This document shows, in pieces, positions 42,301-57,036 of a stretch of 64,000 nt of DNA; the first letter of the stretch is position 1, and each line of letters starts with the position of its first letter. The translations under genes and the position numbers were made by a program. The stretch spans positions 4,613,371 through 4,677,370 of the forward strand of contig MU054338.1 of NCBI GenBank assembly GCA_013239625.1, read 5' to 3'. A model generated the notes under the pieces. The model had not been told where the DNA came from, made no database searches, and was given only the letters and a program-made list of their open reading frames with translations. Origin of the DNA: Lama guanicoe. Taxonomy: Eukaryota.

Positions 42301-44226
42301 AGGAGGGTATAGCTCGGTGGTAGAGTGTGTGCCTAGCATGCACGAGTTCCTGGGTTCAGTCCTCAGTACCTCCACCAAAAGAAGTAGGTAAATAGATAAA
42401 TGAACCTGATCACCTCCCCCCCACCAAAAAAGAACAATTGGATCTCAACTTCCAGGTCAGTGTTTCTACTAAGCAAGATTTGAAAATGTATTGATTTTCA
42501 TTTAATTACTAAATTATTTATCTTGTCATTTGAGGTTGCTCTGTTAAGAAGAGGTCGCAATTCTGTGGCTACAGAAAAGTGCTCAGGTTCTTAGTCATAC
42601 GTCAGTGCTGTGTGATCGTTAGCGTAAATAATGCACAGATAATATCTCTTACCCACTCTTGGATAAAACTCTTGAATATAGTCTATATGAACCATTGGCG
42701 AAGATTAACGGAGGAAAAAAAGCCCTATTTTTTGGTAGCATCCTTTTGTAGCCTTCGTGCCTACAGCAGGAAAGCATTTAAAGGCAAGATTTTCAGTTAC
42801 AATCTTTTTCAGGTGAGAGAGGCGTATGTCAAGTGGTTTAGGACGATGAGTAAAGTGCCCGAATCCGACAGCTACGTCCTATCCAGCTCCACCACCCACA
42901 CCCACGTGGTAAGGCGATCCCTCTCCCCGTCCGTGTGGTTTCTTTTTTTGTGTTTATTTTATTTTTTCTAAATTTCTTTTGTTTATTTGTGTGTGGTGGG
43001 GGGTAATTAGGCTTTTATTTATTTGTTTGTTTGTTTATTTTAGTAGAGGCACTGGGGATTGAACCCAGGACCTCGTGCATGCTAAGCAGGCACTCTGCCC
43101 CTGAGCTGTACCCTCCCCCCGACCATGCTGTTTCCTAGTTGGAGATGCTCTCTCCTGCCTGCAGCTAGGTCTGCCACCCCGATAGTGATGGAGTCACACA
43201 GTGATTCTTGGTAGAGGAACCTGTTAGCATTTCTGTCTCAGCTGAGTATCTCCCACCTGACTGTGAGCGCCCCTACGTGGGGGGATGGTACTATACTGTC
43301 TGCACACTGAATTATTTTGCTTTTCTAGAATATGGTTCTATGTGAGTCCAAATCTTGGAGTTATAGAAACATGAATGAAAGTCTTCCTTACATGAGATTG
43401 GTTCATGAGTTCTACGAGGTTGCCAAACAGGTGTTTTATTATGGTTTCCTATGAGCCGAAACCATGCACACATTTTGTATCCTCCAAAGGGTCCATGGGA
43501 TTCTGGACTTTCCCAAAGTATTTGTCAAACTTTTTTTTTTTCCCTGTTGAAAACGTCTTTACACTTTGTGGAACACTGATGTTTGAAAGAGCATAATTTA
43601 AGGATTGGTATAGGCAAGATAGTGCATGAAGAAAGAGATAAGATGTTACAAGCCGCTTCTTTTATTTGATAATGCTGATGGGGAAAATGAACGAAGAGTT
43701 ATATTGATGGGTTTAGATGAGATTTCAGAGCAGGAGACCTAGGTTTCAGTGCTACTTCTGCAGTGAATTTTGTACGACTTTGAGATCAGCCTCCTTATTG
43801 GTGAGATGAGAGGACCAGACCCCATCATCTTATCCTTACTCTCCAATCTTTGATTTTCTGAGATACAAAAAGCAAACTTAAGCCTGGAAGAAAGACCCTC
43901 AGACATTACCTGGGACCCACACGTTAAAATGAATCTCATCATTTTGCCAGGAGATTCCCAACGAATGATTTCTAACAATGACTTTACTGAATATTTCAAC
44001 ATGAATTCTCTTTATGTCTCTCCCACAAACTCACATATGGCTCTTTGATGGAAAAGAAATCCAATTTTAGGAGGAAAAGAAGCAATACTTCAGTTTGAAA
44101 ATTTCAGGCCGCTCCATGTCATCATCCCAACCATCCTGGAGAAGGAATCAGTCGTGTTACTCAAACATCCATGAGAACCGCTTCATGGTCCAGGAGCATT
44201 GTTGGCAGAACGTATGCTTTGGTTGA
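9362..44226 (+). CDS. ADGRE4: Adhesion GPCR E family (EGF-TM7) gene, ADGRE4/EMR4-like; whole coding span
   Basis: 16 exons with GT-AG boundaries join in phase to 2055 nt (685 codons) before the last exon: signal peptide, 2 cbEGF, S/T stalk, GAIN/GPS ([14 protein letters not shown]), 7TM. The 7TM closely resembles EMR4 (EDPVLTVIT..., [27 protein letters not shown]). Exact orthology uncertain. Confidence 0.75.
10837..10884 (+). CDS. ADGRE exon 2 ([16 protein letters not shown])
   Basis: tctcccag| acceptor, 48 nt phase 1-1, donor G|GTATGT; hydrophobic signal-peptide core. Confidence 0.8.
11161..11290. repeat. (TTTC/TTCC)n simple repeat
   Basis: Directly visible; lies at the tail of the adjacent minus-strand SINE. 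Confidence 0.9.
11322..11700 (-). pseudogene. FTL: 5'-truncated processed ferritin light chain pseudogene
   Basis: [39 protein letters not shown]...[15 protein letters not shown] is the FTL C-terminus; 3' UTR, AATAAA (11347-11352), poly(A) remnant, TTACCT target duplication. Confidence 0.93.
11890..12430. repeat. AT-rich low-complexity (TA)n-derived tract
   Basis: About 540 bp of almost only A/T with tatata units. Confidence 0.9.
15730..15876 (+). CDS. ADGRE exon, calcium-binding EGF domain 1
   Basis: [49 protein letters not shown]; 6 Cys, cbEGF consensus, 147 nt phase 1-1. Confidence 0.92.
17575..18270. mobile_element. ERVL-MaLR (MLT1-type) LTR fragments
   Basis: gaggctggaaggtccaaggtcaaggcaccggcagat...ctaatcacctcccaaag and tagaaactggaaaaggcaaggaaatagattctccc motifs; similar MLT1 pieces at about 20665-21150, 40550-41035, 54355-54540. 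Confidence 0.7.
19082..19243 (+). CDS. ADGRE exon, calcium-binding EGF domain 2
   Basis: [54 protein letters not shown]; 162 nt phase 1-1, cag| acceptor, CAG|GTGAAA donor. Confidence 0.9.
20171..20645 (-). mobile_element. ERV1-type solo LTR
   Basis: TG...CA ends, near-identical 4-bp flanks gtat/gtac, homology to 3738-4383. Confidence 0.7.
21447..22370 (+). mobile_element. LINE-1 3' fragment
   Basis: [30 protein letters not shown] is the L1 ORF2 C-terminus; frameshifted; 3' UTR follows. Confidence 0.92.
22563..22624 (+). CDS. ADGRE stalk exon ([21 protein letters not shown])
   Basis: Strong pyrimidine tract, tag| acceptor, CCA|GTAAGC donor; supplies the phase 1 to 0 shift needed between the EGF and GAIN exons. 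Confidence 0.75.
24060..24140 (+). CDS. Probable ADGRE stalk exon ([27 protein letters not shown])
   Basis: 81 nt phase 0-0, open, with an N-A-T sequon; donor CAG|GTTTGA is weak and the acceptor looks shifted. Confidence 0.45.
25326..25503 (+). CDS. ADGRE GAIN subdomain A exon
   Basis: [11 protein letters not shown]...[22 protein letters not shown]...PFV; 178 nt phase 0-1, G|GTAAGC donor. Confidence 0.85.
27280..27399 (+). CDS. ADGRE GAIN exon
   Basis: [39 protein letters not shown]; 120 nt phase 1-1. Confidence 0.88.
28987..29180 (+). CDS. ADGRE GAIN exon
   Basis: [14 protein letters not shown]...LNSKVVSG...[13 protein letters not shown], typical EGF-TM7 motifs; 194 nt phase 1-0. Confidence 0.92.
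30447..30611 (+). CDS. ADGRE GPS exon
   Basis: LCVYW...WSNEGC...[16 protein letters not shown]; intact H-L-S cleavage consensus and tethered-agonist sequence; 165 nt phase 0-0. Confidence 0.95.
32609..32803 (+). CDS. ADGRE TM1-TM2 exon
   Basis: [20 protein letters not shown]...[12 protein letters not shown]; 195 nt. Confidence 0.95.
32852..33454 (-). mobile_element. ERV solo LTR with tandem CCAAT array
   Basis: TG...CA ends, minus-strand TATAAAAA near 33026-33033 and AATAAA near 32957, six CCAATCA units at 33130-33275. Confidence 0.75.
34292..34527 (+). CDS. ADGRE TM3-TM4 exon
   Basis: [40 protein letters not shown]...GYGTPL; 236 nt phase 0-2. Confidence 0.95.
35247..35313 (+). CDS. ADGRE ECL2/TM5 exon
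   Basis: [22 protein letters not shown]; 67 nt phase 2-0. Confidence 0.93.
36303..36394 (+). CDS. ADGRE TM5/ICL3 exon
   Basis: [30 protein letters not shown]; 92 nt phase 0-2, AG|GTAAGA donor. Confidence 0.93.
36880..37215. mobile_element. MER58-like hAT DNA transposon relic
   Basis: caggtctagcaaactacag...ccagatctggccc...tatctggccctttacacaaaaatgtactaaaccctg terminal pattern. Confidence 0.6.
37350..38125 (+). mobile_element. LINE-1 3' fragment
   Basis: ORF 37348-37758 [38 protein letters not shown]... is the L1 ORF2 C-terminus. Confidence 0.93.
38657..38837 (+). CDS. ADGRE TM6-TM7 exon
   Basis: [22 protein letters not shown]...[25 protein letters not shown]; 181 nt phase 2-0. Confidence 0.95.
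42813..42908 (+). CDS. ADGRE cytoplasmic tail exon
   Basis: [32 protein letters not shown]; 96 nt, donor GTG|GTAAGG. Confidence 0.9.
44071..44226 (+). CDS. Candidate ADGRE terminal exon ([23 protein letters not shown]...VCFG*)
   Basis: ttttag| acceptor in phase 0, stop at 44224-44226, ATTAAA at 44271-44276; pyrimidine tract weak and alternatives exist (e.g. 43329). Confidence 0.4.
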   Translation, partial: EEKKQYFSLKISGRSMSSSQPSWRRNQSCYSNIHENRFMVQEHCWQNVCFG

Positions 44227-46784
44227 ATGATATTTTGTGCCTTGCTTCGCTTACAGCCCTTACATTTTCAATTAAAGTATTTTACACGCAAACATATAGA
44301 TCTTAACACATACATTTTGATGAGTTTGCAAATGTATATACTTGGATAACTATCCATCATATCAAGCAAATCAAGATATAGAATGTTTGCATCACCCCTG
44401 AAAGTTCAATCGTTTATCCCGTCTTCCACCCCTGAAGCAGTTACTGTTCTGATTTTTATCACAGTAGATTAGTTTTGCCAATCCTTTAAGTCCATAGACA
44501 TGGAAATTCACAGTTATGTCCTCCTGGTGTCTGCCATATTTTGCTCATCATGATTTTTTTTTTTTTGCAATTCATCCATTTCATGCATATATTGTTAGTC
44601 TGATCCTTTCATTTGCTGGGTAGTATTTCACACTATTACATTTTGTGATTTGTTTATCTATTCTCCTGCTCGTGTCCGTTTGAGTTATTTCCATTTTTTT
44701 CTATCATAAATAAAGTCGCTATGAACATTCTTATGGCATTATTTTATTATTTTTTATGGCTGAGTAGTACTCCATTGTATAAATACACCACATCTTCTTT
44801 ATCCAGTCATCTGTTGATGGACATTTAGGTTGCTTCTGCATCCTGGCTATTGTAAATAGTGCTGCTGTGAACATTGCGGTGCATGTATCTTTTCAAAGTA
44901 GAGTTTTCTCCAGATATGTGCCCAGGATTGGGATTGCTAGATTATCTGGTAACTCTATTTTTAGTTTTGTAAGGAACCTCCATACTGTTCTCCATAGTTG
45001 GACTAGCCATGTTTTAAATGCTCAGTAGTGACATGTAGCCAGTGGCTACCAGATTTGGGAAAAAAAATCGTTAAAACGTATCTTTTCAGAGCAGTTCTAG
45101 ATTTACAGAAAAGTTGAATTGAAAGTACAAAGATTTCCCGTATATTCCTCCCCTACCCCGCCCCACAGTTTCCTCTTTACACTGTCTTGTGCACCTCCTC
45201 TATGGTTCTGTCCTGAAAGGGTTAAACAGAAACCCCAATATGTGAGTGTTACCAGCATCCATCCCACATCATAGCGCTTGAAAACACAGTCAAAGGTCTG
45301 GCACAGAAAAGTTTATACATTTGTTCAGGACTCATCAGAAACACAGCTGCTGTTGAAATCAAAAATCTGTAACTTGGTTAAGAACTGAATAACATTTTGT
45401 TTCAAAAAGGACTCCCCTTGCCTCCCCGCCGCTGCCCAGACAGCAGGCAGGGATGGACAGGTCTGTCTCACTGAGCTTCCAGCCTTGAAAAGGGAAAACT
45501 AAAAAGAAAAAAACAGCAAAATATTAAAAACTCTCTTCCCCACCTCCTCCGTTGGAAATAGCAAAGTCAGCGAGAAGCGAAGAAATAAACGATGGATGGT
45601 TCGGCGGGGGGTGGGGGGGGAGAAAGCACAGGACAGGTGATGCAGAGAGCTTTGGTCCATCTCCACCAGTCCCCGAGGCACCACTCATCACAACCATCAA
45701 GCAGAAAATAAAGAAGTTAAAATGCACTTACTGCTGGACAATGACACCTTTCCTAGGTCTCTGGTTGCTGCTATCTGGGAAAAACGTATAAAGGGGGAAA
45801 AGTCACTGATCACCACATCTCCATCTGTGTATACACTGCATTTCATTCTCAGAGAGCAGTTGGGATCAGCCAGTCTGCACGCAGAGAGGAAGCTACAGGA
45901 GCAGAAATGTAAAAATTAAGAGTAACATATTAGGAGCCTCGCAAAGCCCGGAGTCTGTCTGTGAGGTGCGAGGAGTAAAGAGTGTAAAGATGTCCTTACA
46001 CTGTGTATTAAATCATCATTTTCCAACTTATTGAAATGCTAACTTCATCATATACTGATCTTCAATATACACAAAACACGGTGTCTAGACCCTCTGAATC
46101 ACTCCCTCAATCGTTTGTATTTGATGATTCTCTTTCCTCCAGTAACAAACCTTACCGAATGTTTTGGTGTATCACTTTTTCCATATTCCCCACCACAGTT
46201 CTTTGTTTTTCTTAAATGTTCTTACTTCTCCTTTTAAATTTTCTATTCTATGTGAATTTGAGAATCAATATTTCCATCTTTTCAAACCTACATCTTGGTT
46301 CTAACTTTATTACAATGAATCACATAGTTAGGGTGAAAGTTACAATGTGGTAAGCACTGATAAATTTGGCATTTTCCTATTAAAAACCAGAATTCTTATT
46401 TCCTTTCATAATGTATTATCCTTTTTGTTTTATTTTCCCTATGTGTTTGCTTTAAATGCACTGATTTTTATTTTCCCCTTCCCTCTACTTGCTTTATTTT
46501 GCTCTTCTTTTTCTAATTTCTCAAGAGGAAACTTTCATTATGGATTTGAGACCTTTTCTACTTTCCAGTGTGTGCCTTTACTGTTATAAATTGCACTCTT
46601 AGCACTGCTTTAGCTGCATCTCACAAATTGTGATATATTGTATGTTCATTTTTATTAATTTCTATGTATATTTTTACTTTCCTTTGGAGCTCGGACACTG
46701 GGGGATATTTATATTCTTTCATGTTTTAATTATCACAATGATGCTAGAAAATGCTAGAATAAAATTGATTTAAAACTTTAGTAG

Positions 46785-47670
46785 GGAAAAGGATGTGGGG
46801 AAAGGGAAGCTCTGTGCACTGTTGGTGGGAATGTAAATTGGTGCAGTCATTAAGGAAAACAGTATGGAGGTTCTCAAAAAATTAAAAATAGCGCTGCCAT
46901 GTGAACCAGCAGTCCCACTTCTGGGTAAATATATGAGCAAGACAAAAGTCACTATTCTGAATAGTCATCTACACCTCCATCTTCACTGCAGCATTATTTA
47001 CAATAGTCAAGACATGGAAATGACCTAAATATCAAAAGATGAATGGATAAAGAAAATGCAATTCTATATTTTATATATATGTATGTGTACACATGCTCAT
47101 ATCCATACACACACACACACACACACACACACATATGTACATACTCTTTATTTAGCCATAAAAAAATTAGAAAATCTTGCCGTCTGCAACAACGTGGATG
47201 GCTTGTTGAGGGCATTACACTAAGTGAAATAAGCCAGAGAAAGACAAATACTGTAGGATCTCATTAATATGCGGAACCTAAAAAATTTTTTTGTATTTTT
47301 AAAATCTCATAGAAAAAGGTATCATGTGTGGTTACCAGAGGTGGAGAATTGGTGGGAGGAGAAATAGGATGAAGGCTGTCAAAGGCACAAACTTCCAGTT
47401 ATAAGAAGAATAATTACCAGGGATGTAATGTACAATGTGATGTCTCCGGTTAACGCTGCTGAATGATATCTATGAAAGTGTTAAGAAGGTAAACTCTAAT
47501 TCTCACCTCAGGAACAAAACATTTTCTTATATCTTTTTTTTTTTAGTATACGAAATGATGGATCTTAAAGTTATTGGGGTAATCATTTCATGATATATAT
47601 GTCATGTAATTACACTGTATGCTCTAAATAGTGTTGTATGTCAATGATATCCCATAAAACCAGAAAAAAA
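46785..47670 (+). mobile_element. Older LINE-1 3' fragment
   Basis: gttggtgggaatgtaaattggtgcag...gaaataagccagagaaagacaaatactg...ggttaccagagg; decayed L1 3' end with a (CA)n insert. Confidence 0.85.
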
Positions 47671-47720
47671 TTGAAGATAAAAAGTGCAAAATTATAAATG
47701 AAGAAGGACAAGTTACACTG

Positions 47721-48230
47721 TTTTTCTTTTAGAATTACTTTATTAAACATAAATGTACAACTGCTTCTTAACTCTACACATACAGTTGAACTTTTTAAAG
47801 GAATACATTATGTCTTATTACACCATATTCCTGGTTAATAGTTTTTCAAAACTTGAGAAAACCCTTTAAAAAGGTTTTACATGTCACCCAAAATGCATAC
47901 ATTTAACATTATCAAAAGAAGAATGCTTCTGCCTTCTTACAGAGACTCCTATAAAGAAACAATTAACAGCCTAAGAAACTGTCACAATGGCATTTTTTTC
48001 TAACAATCTTTCCTCCACGGTCAGGTAATGTTACTAAACAATCCAAACCATTCACAAAATGCCTCTCTGCATCTGCTTTTGTGTCTTCTGCTACATCACC
48101 GCATAATTATGCATGACTGAGATGTGTTGCCTTAACATGGTTGTTTCCATAACCTGAAGCCGTTCTGTGACCTCTGGGCTCTCATCCTCTCCTATTAATA
48201 CACTGAAGCCCATAGCAAATAGGAAGAAGC
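47721..48230 (-). other. 3' UTR, AATAAA (47739-47744) and poly(A) remnant of the HNRNPA2B1 retrocopy
   Basis: tttatt at 47739-47744 and T-run at 47721-47730 on +; continuous with the ORF stop. Confidence 0.75.
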
Positions 48231-51120
<2,890 letters not shown>

Positions 51121-52029
51121 AATAAGAATGGAAGTTTCTATATACAAAAATATCCATACAACTTATGTTTTAACAGAATAAAATGGAGACCGTTTAAATG
51201 TTTATCAGTAACAGAATGCCCAAACTTTTATTAACAAATCTGCAACGTGTATATCACACACAGCCATTCAAAAGAAATTAGTGTTTTGTGCATTTACGTG
51301 ACACCAAATCACCGGTAAATTTGAGATGATCTCACCCATCTTATTCTTTCTTTGCCCTTTGACCTAAATAGTCTATTAACTCTCTTCACCTCATTATGAC
51401 TTAATTCTTTCATTCTTCCATTTTCCCTCTGTCATCTTATTTGCAATTATATACAGATCTTGGTGTAGTTACATTAGGGATGGTGATTCGCTTGTAAAGC
51501 CTTGATTCGATGTAGTTGAAAACAGATAATCATTCTTACTACCTTTCCCGAAGGCTAATACCTTAGAACACTTTCAATTCCATTTTAATGTTCCTGACTT
51601 TTCTACTTTTTTTTTTTAATGGAGGTACTGGGGATTGAACCCAGGACCATGCTTTACCACAGAGCTATTTCCCTCCCATTTCATGCATTCTAGTTTCACA
51701 TTTATTTCACATGTATTTGTACACATAAATATATAATATATAAAATACATGTATTTTTATCTTCAAGAGATTATTTCTAGAATTGCCTTTTTCCAAAAAA
51801 GTCATTTATATTTATGTCTAAATTATCTTTTCCCTTTATTCTTTATCCCTTCCTGTGTTCCTGGTTTTCAATCTGAAATTATTTTCCTTTGGAACTTAAT
51901 AATTCTCTCCAGTATGTTATCTTATTCAAGGCTGCTAACAATGAAATGTTTCATTTTAAGTATTTCTAAGACATCTTTATTTGGGGCAATGTTGATGCTG
52001 GTTATAGAATGTTTGAAATAAAATTATAC

Positions 52030-52502
52030 TTTGTGTGATATTTAATTATATGTGACAGTGTCATTGGGCTAAGGGATACCCAGATAGCCGGTTCAGTATT
52101 ATTTCTGGGTGTGTTCTTCAGGGTGTTTCTGGAATAAATTAGCATTTGATTCTTTAGACTGAGTTAAGAGATCCACCCTCACCAGTGTGGGTGGTTGTTA
52201 TCCAATCTGCTGAGGGCCCAAATGGAAAAAAAAAGAAAAAAGGTCAAGGAAGAGTGAATCCATCCTCTCTTCCTGAGCTAGGATGTCCATCTTTTCCTGC
52301 CCTTGGACTCAGAGCTCCTGGCTCTCAGGCCTTTGGACTCAGACTGAATTACACCACTGGCTTTTCTGCTTCTCCGGCTGGCAGGTGGCAGATTGTGGGA
52401 CTTCTCAGCCTCCTAACCACGTGAGTGAATTCCTAAATAAGTCTCCTCTTCTGTATGCTTTACATCGTGTTGGCTCTGTTTCTCTGGAGAACCCTGACTG
52501 AT
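52030..52502. mobile_element. ERVL MLT2-type LTR
   Basis: gggatacccagatagc...attatttctgggtgtg...ggcagattgtgggacttctcagcctcc...tctgtttctctggagaaccctgact. Confidence 0.8.
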
Positions 52503-53717
52503 ACACATTATTAAAGTAAGAAAAGTGCATCTGGAGGAAATTTTCCAAGGCATAGGCGTCTCCCCCACACCCTTGAAGGAGGCTATCCATCCTACCGTGG
52601 CAGCTGGTGCACATGAACATGAAAAACACACAAAAATGAATAGACACTCATGCTCAAACTAACTCTGACTCTCTCTCTCTGCCTTACCATTGATCACAGC
52701 AGTGATTTCTATACAACAGGTTATAAACTTTTTGCTCTATTTATTGTCTCTTTCCTCTTATGAAGATTAAATTAGAGGGCAGTTGATTTCTGGATCAAAA
52801 GTTTTATACCAGAGCTTTGCACATAGTAGGTGCTTTATAAATAGAGTGACCAAATGATTTTTCTCTCCAAATTGGGACACAATGGGGAGCAAAGAAGATA
52901 GTGTTAATCATTAGAACAGGAAAACAGGATAAATATCTGCCGAAGACAAAAATGAAGGACTGAAAAGTTACAGTGAACCATGAGGTATTCATTTTAAACA
53001 GATCACTGTGATTAGAATCTCATGATTGGATTACAAGCAGAAAGGATTTGGGATCTAAACTGTCATTGCTACTTACTCAAAAATGATTATCTTTGCATAA
53101 GTGTAGTTAAGTAGATGGATTTTAAATATCTCAGGAAGTAAAGGTTAAGTGTTTGAATAGTTTATTACATAAACGGGTCTGGATTTGGCACCGGGTAATG
53201 ACCTTCACTTTTCTGTCCTTGTCACACATCAGCTTGACATCCCAGAATCCCATTCTCCACGTGTGATGCTGGTACCTGCCGCTGCGTCAGGATCACCTGG
53301 GAACCACTTAGAAATGAAAGTTCTCCATCCCCACCCCAGACCTACTTGGGCTGAGGTCTACAATCTGAGTTTTTGAAATCCTCCACTATATATAAAATAG
53401 ATAAACAAGATCCTACTGTATAGCACAGTGAACTCTATCAAATACCTTACAATCACCTACAATGAAAAAGAATATAAAACAAAATATACATGTAACTGAA
53501 CCACTATGCCGTACACCAGAAACTAACACAACATCATCAACCAACTATACTTCAATAAAAAGGAAAAAAACCCTTCAGATGATTGCGATGCACTCTATAA
53601 TTTGAGACACATTTCTCCAGGGAGAGGAGGGTAGACTATCCAGATGAGCTGAGAACGTTCTCTGTGGGCGGCAGTCCCATATTTTATTCAAATTTCACAC
53701 TTCTTTTGCTTTTAAAG

Positions 53718-54304
53718 GGAAAGCTCAGAAAATATACCCCAGCTTTAGAGAGGAGACCATTAAACTGAGGCCAAGCAGAAAACTGGTTTAAACTCTCCAC
53801 ACCCTGTAAGGCTGACCAGCTGCCTATTTCACAGTTCAGTCGCTAGAATAATTTTCCATTCTGACAGTAGGTCAGGGAGAGTCAGTGGGAGGAGAGCTGG
53901 GGGAGCCCCGGCAGGTCCGTGGGAACAGCAGTTGGCAGGGCCTCCAGGCTTGCAGCGGTGAAGGAGAACTTGAAAGTCCCTTGAATTTCACAAGTACCTT
54001 AAAAGCATCTGCACTGGGTGGTCCAGGCGAATCCCTGGACCAAGCTGTGGGTGGATGGGGGTCTGCGCACCAGCCCTGACTCCACTGGGCGGTGTCCGTA
54101 TTGGGCAGAGATGAGTGCAGAAATTGCTCTGGGTCTCTTACAGCCCCTCTACAGGCAACGAGTAACTACTGCAGGCAACGGAGATCAGAAGCCACGTGGG
54201 AAGTGAAAAAAGCACGGGAGGGCCTGACTGTGTGGTCCTGGGGGCAGATGGGGATTGTCAGGCAGGCAGAGGGAAACAGGAGGCAAGAAAAACTGCCTGA
54301 AAAC
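53718..54304 (+). pseudogene. MBD3L2: Decayed MBD3L2-like exon 2 (inverted paralogue of 56437-57036)
   Basis: aaag|GGAAAGCTCAGA (GKLR); GLQACSGEGELESPL, LLQPLYRQRVT and EVKKAREGL lie in three different frames with stops; upstream intron 53175-53717 is the inverted homologue of about 57040-57385. Confidence 0.85.
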
Positions 54305-56436
54305 ACAGGGAGAAATAGTCTTTGCTGATCTGATTAAAGAAGTGAAGATGAAGTTATCCTGGGTTGAGGGTGGGGACTAAACTGAATGACTGGTGTCCCT
54401 CTAAGAAGAGGACATGGAGACGTGGAGGGAAGAAGACTGTGGAGATGGAGGCGGAGGTTGTAGCTACGCTGTCACAAGCCAAGGAATGCAGGCACCTCCA
54501 GGAGCTGGAAGAAGCGTGGGAGGGTTCTCTGCTGTTGGAAAACTGTGAATCAGACGTGGGACTGCCCATTTATTCTCACTCAAACCATCAAAACCTGATA
54601 GGACTTCGTCTATAAAATCCTAATGACCGGGGGGCCCATCTTATGGATAGCCTGACATCGCTGACAGGACAGATGCCATCATTTAAATTCCTCAGGTCCG
54701 CAGTGATCACACCTGAACACCTGCATTTTTCCACTAACTCCCGGAAATCATGGTTCACTTCTGGGAGGCGCTCAGCAATCATTCTAATGCATGGGAACAG
54801 AAAATCCAACTAAAATTAACAGAGGATAAAATGACTTAGTGGAACATGAGAGGAGAGAAGAGAGGACTCAGTGAGGGAAGAAATCAGCTCCTGTTGACTG
54901 GACTTGGGGAGTAGACTGTGTCCAGGCACAGATACACGCAGTGCACAGAGGGGGCAGGTCTTGGCCTGCCCCCCCCGCCCACACCCACCTTGCTCTCCTC
55001 CCACGTGGCCTCAAACCCAGGCCGCCCCTCCTATGCTGTGATCTCACACAGCTCCACTCCCCAGAACTCCAGGTCTGGCAGATGAGAACCAAGCATATAC
55101 CCGGCTCCACCTCCTGTTCCATAAAGAACCATGTGCCTGGTCCCTGTGGGACCAGACAGGGACATGTGACATCCCGTCCCAGGACACTGGGGGTTGGAAT
55201 ATGCAGATTATCTCACACTGAAGAGCTGGAACCTGCCCTGGTCCTGGGATGGAGTCGGCCTCACACCAACGCTGTGGTCTCTGGGAGGGACCTGTCACTC
55301 AGTTAAACCCAGAGTCTGTGGTTAGGGGCCCCAAGGTACAGCTGAGGACTCAACTCACGTTCTGCCCTTCTGTTCTCAGTCACTCTTTGGCCCTCTGTAA
55401 TCAGCCTTCCTTCTCCACCACTGATAAAACTGCTCCATCAAAAGTGTTCAAGGAAATCCAAAAAAATGCCAGATTTTTCCTAACCTACATCATACTCTTT
55501 CCTTCCTGATCTAGTGAAACAGTCTTCCCCTCTGGCTTCTGTAACACGACACCTTTATTCCACCATTTATGTGTTTGGCATAAATGATTAATTAAGACAT
55601 TTATTGAACAAATGGTTTACAAATAAAATGAACTGTTTATTTACAAGCAATGTTGTGTTTATTGAATAATTACAAATTATGATGTACCCCACACTGTGAG
55701 GTGTACAAGTTTTGGTGACTCAGGACCTACTTCAGGCAAAGGCAATAAGTTTGCTGGCAAGTCATTTGCAGCATAAAATATTTCCCAAGAATATGTTCCT
55801 TCTTAAGAATTGAAGGTTAAATCTTTTTTTAAAAGTCAACCAGGAAGTTTTTAGGTAACAGATAAGGATGTAACACATAGATTAAGTGCTAATTGAATTA
55901 CATTAAAATGTCTTATGCCTGATTTAGCATTTGGCACAACAATGATCAAAAGAAAAGGCTGTAACTCATGTCAGAATGAGAAGCAAAAGCAAGCTTAATA
56001 AAATACGATTTTTCTCAAATTAATTTAATATTAAAAAATAATCTCTTTAGAGTAAGTATCATTTCCTCCTTGAGTGTAATTAATGTAAGCAAATATTATA
56101 CTAAAAACACTAAATAACCCCTCAGACTAGGTTACCTCCATAGGCTTCAATAAAGAAGTCATGATAAACAGAAACTGAGGTGCACAAGGACAGCAAAAAT
56201 CTTTTTCTTGTCTCATGAAACCCAATCTCTTAACACAAAACCCTTTACTCTTCCCATATTTGTCAAACACAAGAGTTCAATAGAGCACAGTGTTAATATC
56301 ACAGAGCATCTTGGTCCAGAGCAGGAAGCAGGGTTGATATCCAAAGAGGCAAGTAGAAGGGAGGGCTGTCCCACAGTGAACCCCTTCCCAGGGGCCACAC
56401 CACTCGGCTTCTTCAGGACGACCTTCTACTTTTCAC

Positions 56437-57036
56437 CTAGTTCTCAAGACATTCTTTTGGGCTCCTGGCTCTCTCCATCTCCCTGGCAAGCCTGTCTGCC
56501 CTCAAGGCCACAGCCAGTCTCTCCCTTGCTTTCTTCACTTTCCGAGACTGTCGGCGAATATCTGCATATGTGACTGGATGTCGGCACAGGGGCTGCGGGA
56601 GGAAAAGATCCAATCCTGGGGCCGTCTCTGACCCGTCTGAAGACTGGACAGTGATGGGCTCAGGGCTGGTGGGCTGAGACCCTGCGCCAGCATTGCCCAG
56701 GGATTCACCTGCCACACCCGCTGCGATCATTTGTAAGATACTTGAGGAGCTCTCCAAAGTGCTGAAAGGTTCTCCTTCAGGGTTGCAGGCCTGGAGTCCC
56801 TGCAGTCTCCTGTATGCACAGACTTGCTGGGGTTTCTCCAAGGTCTCCTCCCACTTCCTGCACTTGACCACATTGCCAGGATGGGAGGTAACCCTTGTGA
56901 CCGGGCTCTTGAAAATGCAGCTGGTCAGCCTCATTGGAAACGCAGCTCTGTCCCGTTGTCTCTGCTTGGCCCTGGCTAAATGGACTTTTCTTTTCTTCTC
57001 CAACAACTGGGGCATCAGACTTCTTCTGAGCTTCCC
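56437..57036 (-). CDS. MBD3L2: MBD3L2-like exon 2 (199 aa plus stop)
   Basis: GKLRRSLMPQLLEKKR...PMRLTSCIFKSPVTRVTSHPGN...LEKPQQVCAYRRLQGLQ...ADIRRQSRKVKKARERLAVALRADRLA; acceptor ttttcaaag|GGG. Confidence 0.93.
   Translation of the reverse strand, partial: GKLRRSLMPQLLEKKRKVHLARAKQRQRDRAAFPMRLTSCIFKSPVTRVTSHPGNVVKCRKWEETLEKPQQVCAYRRLQGLQACNPEGEPFSTLESSSSILQMIAAGVAGESLGNAGAGSQPTSPEPITVQSSDGSETAPGLDLFLPQPLCRHPVTYADIRRQSRKVKKARERLAVALRADRLAREMERARSPKECLEN

Noticed and set aside
45741..45790. Signal-peptide-like MTPFLGLWLLLSG as exon 1 of another ADGRE gene
   Set aside because: No GT donor at the expected position and no downstream EGF exons.
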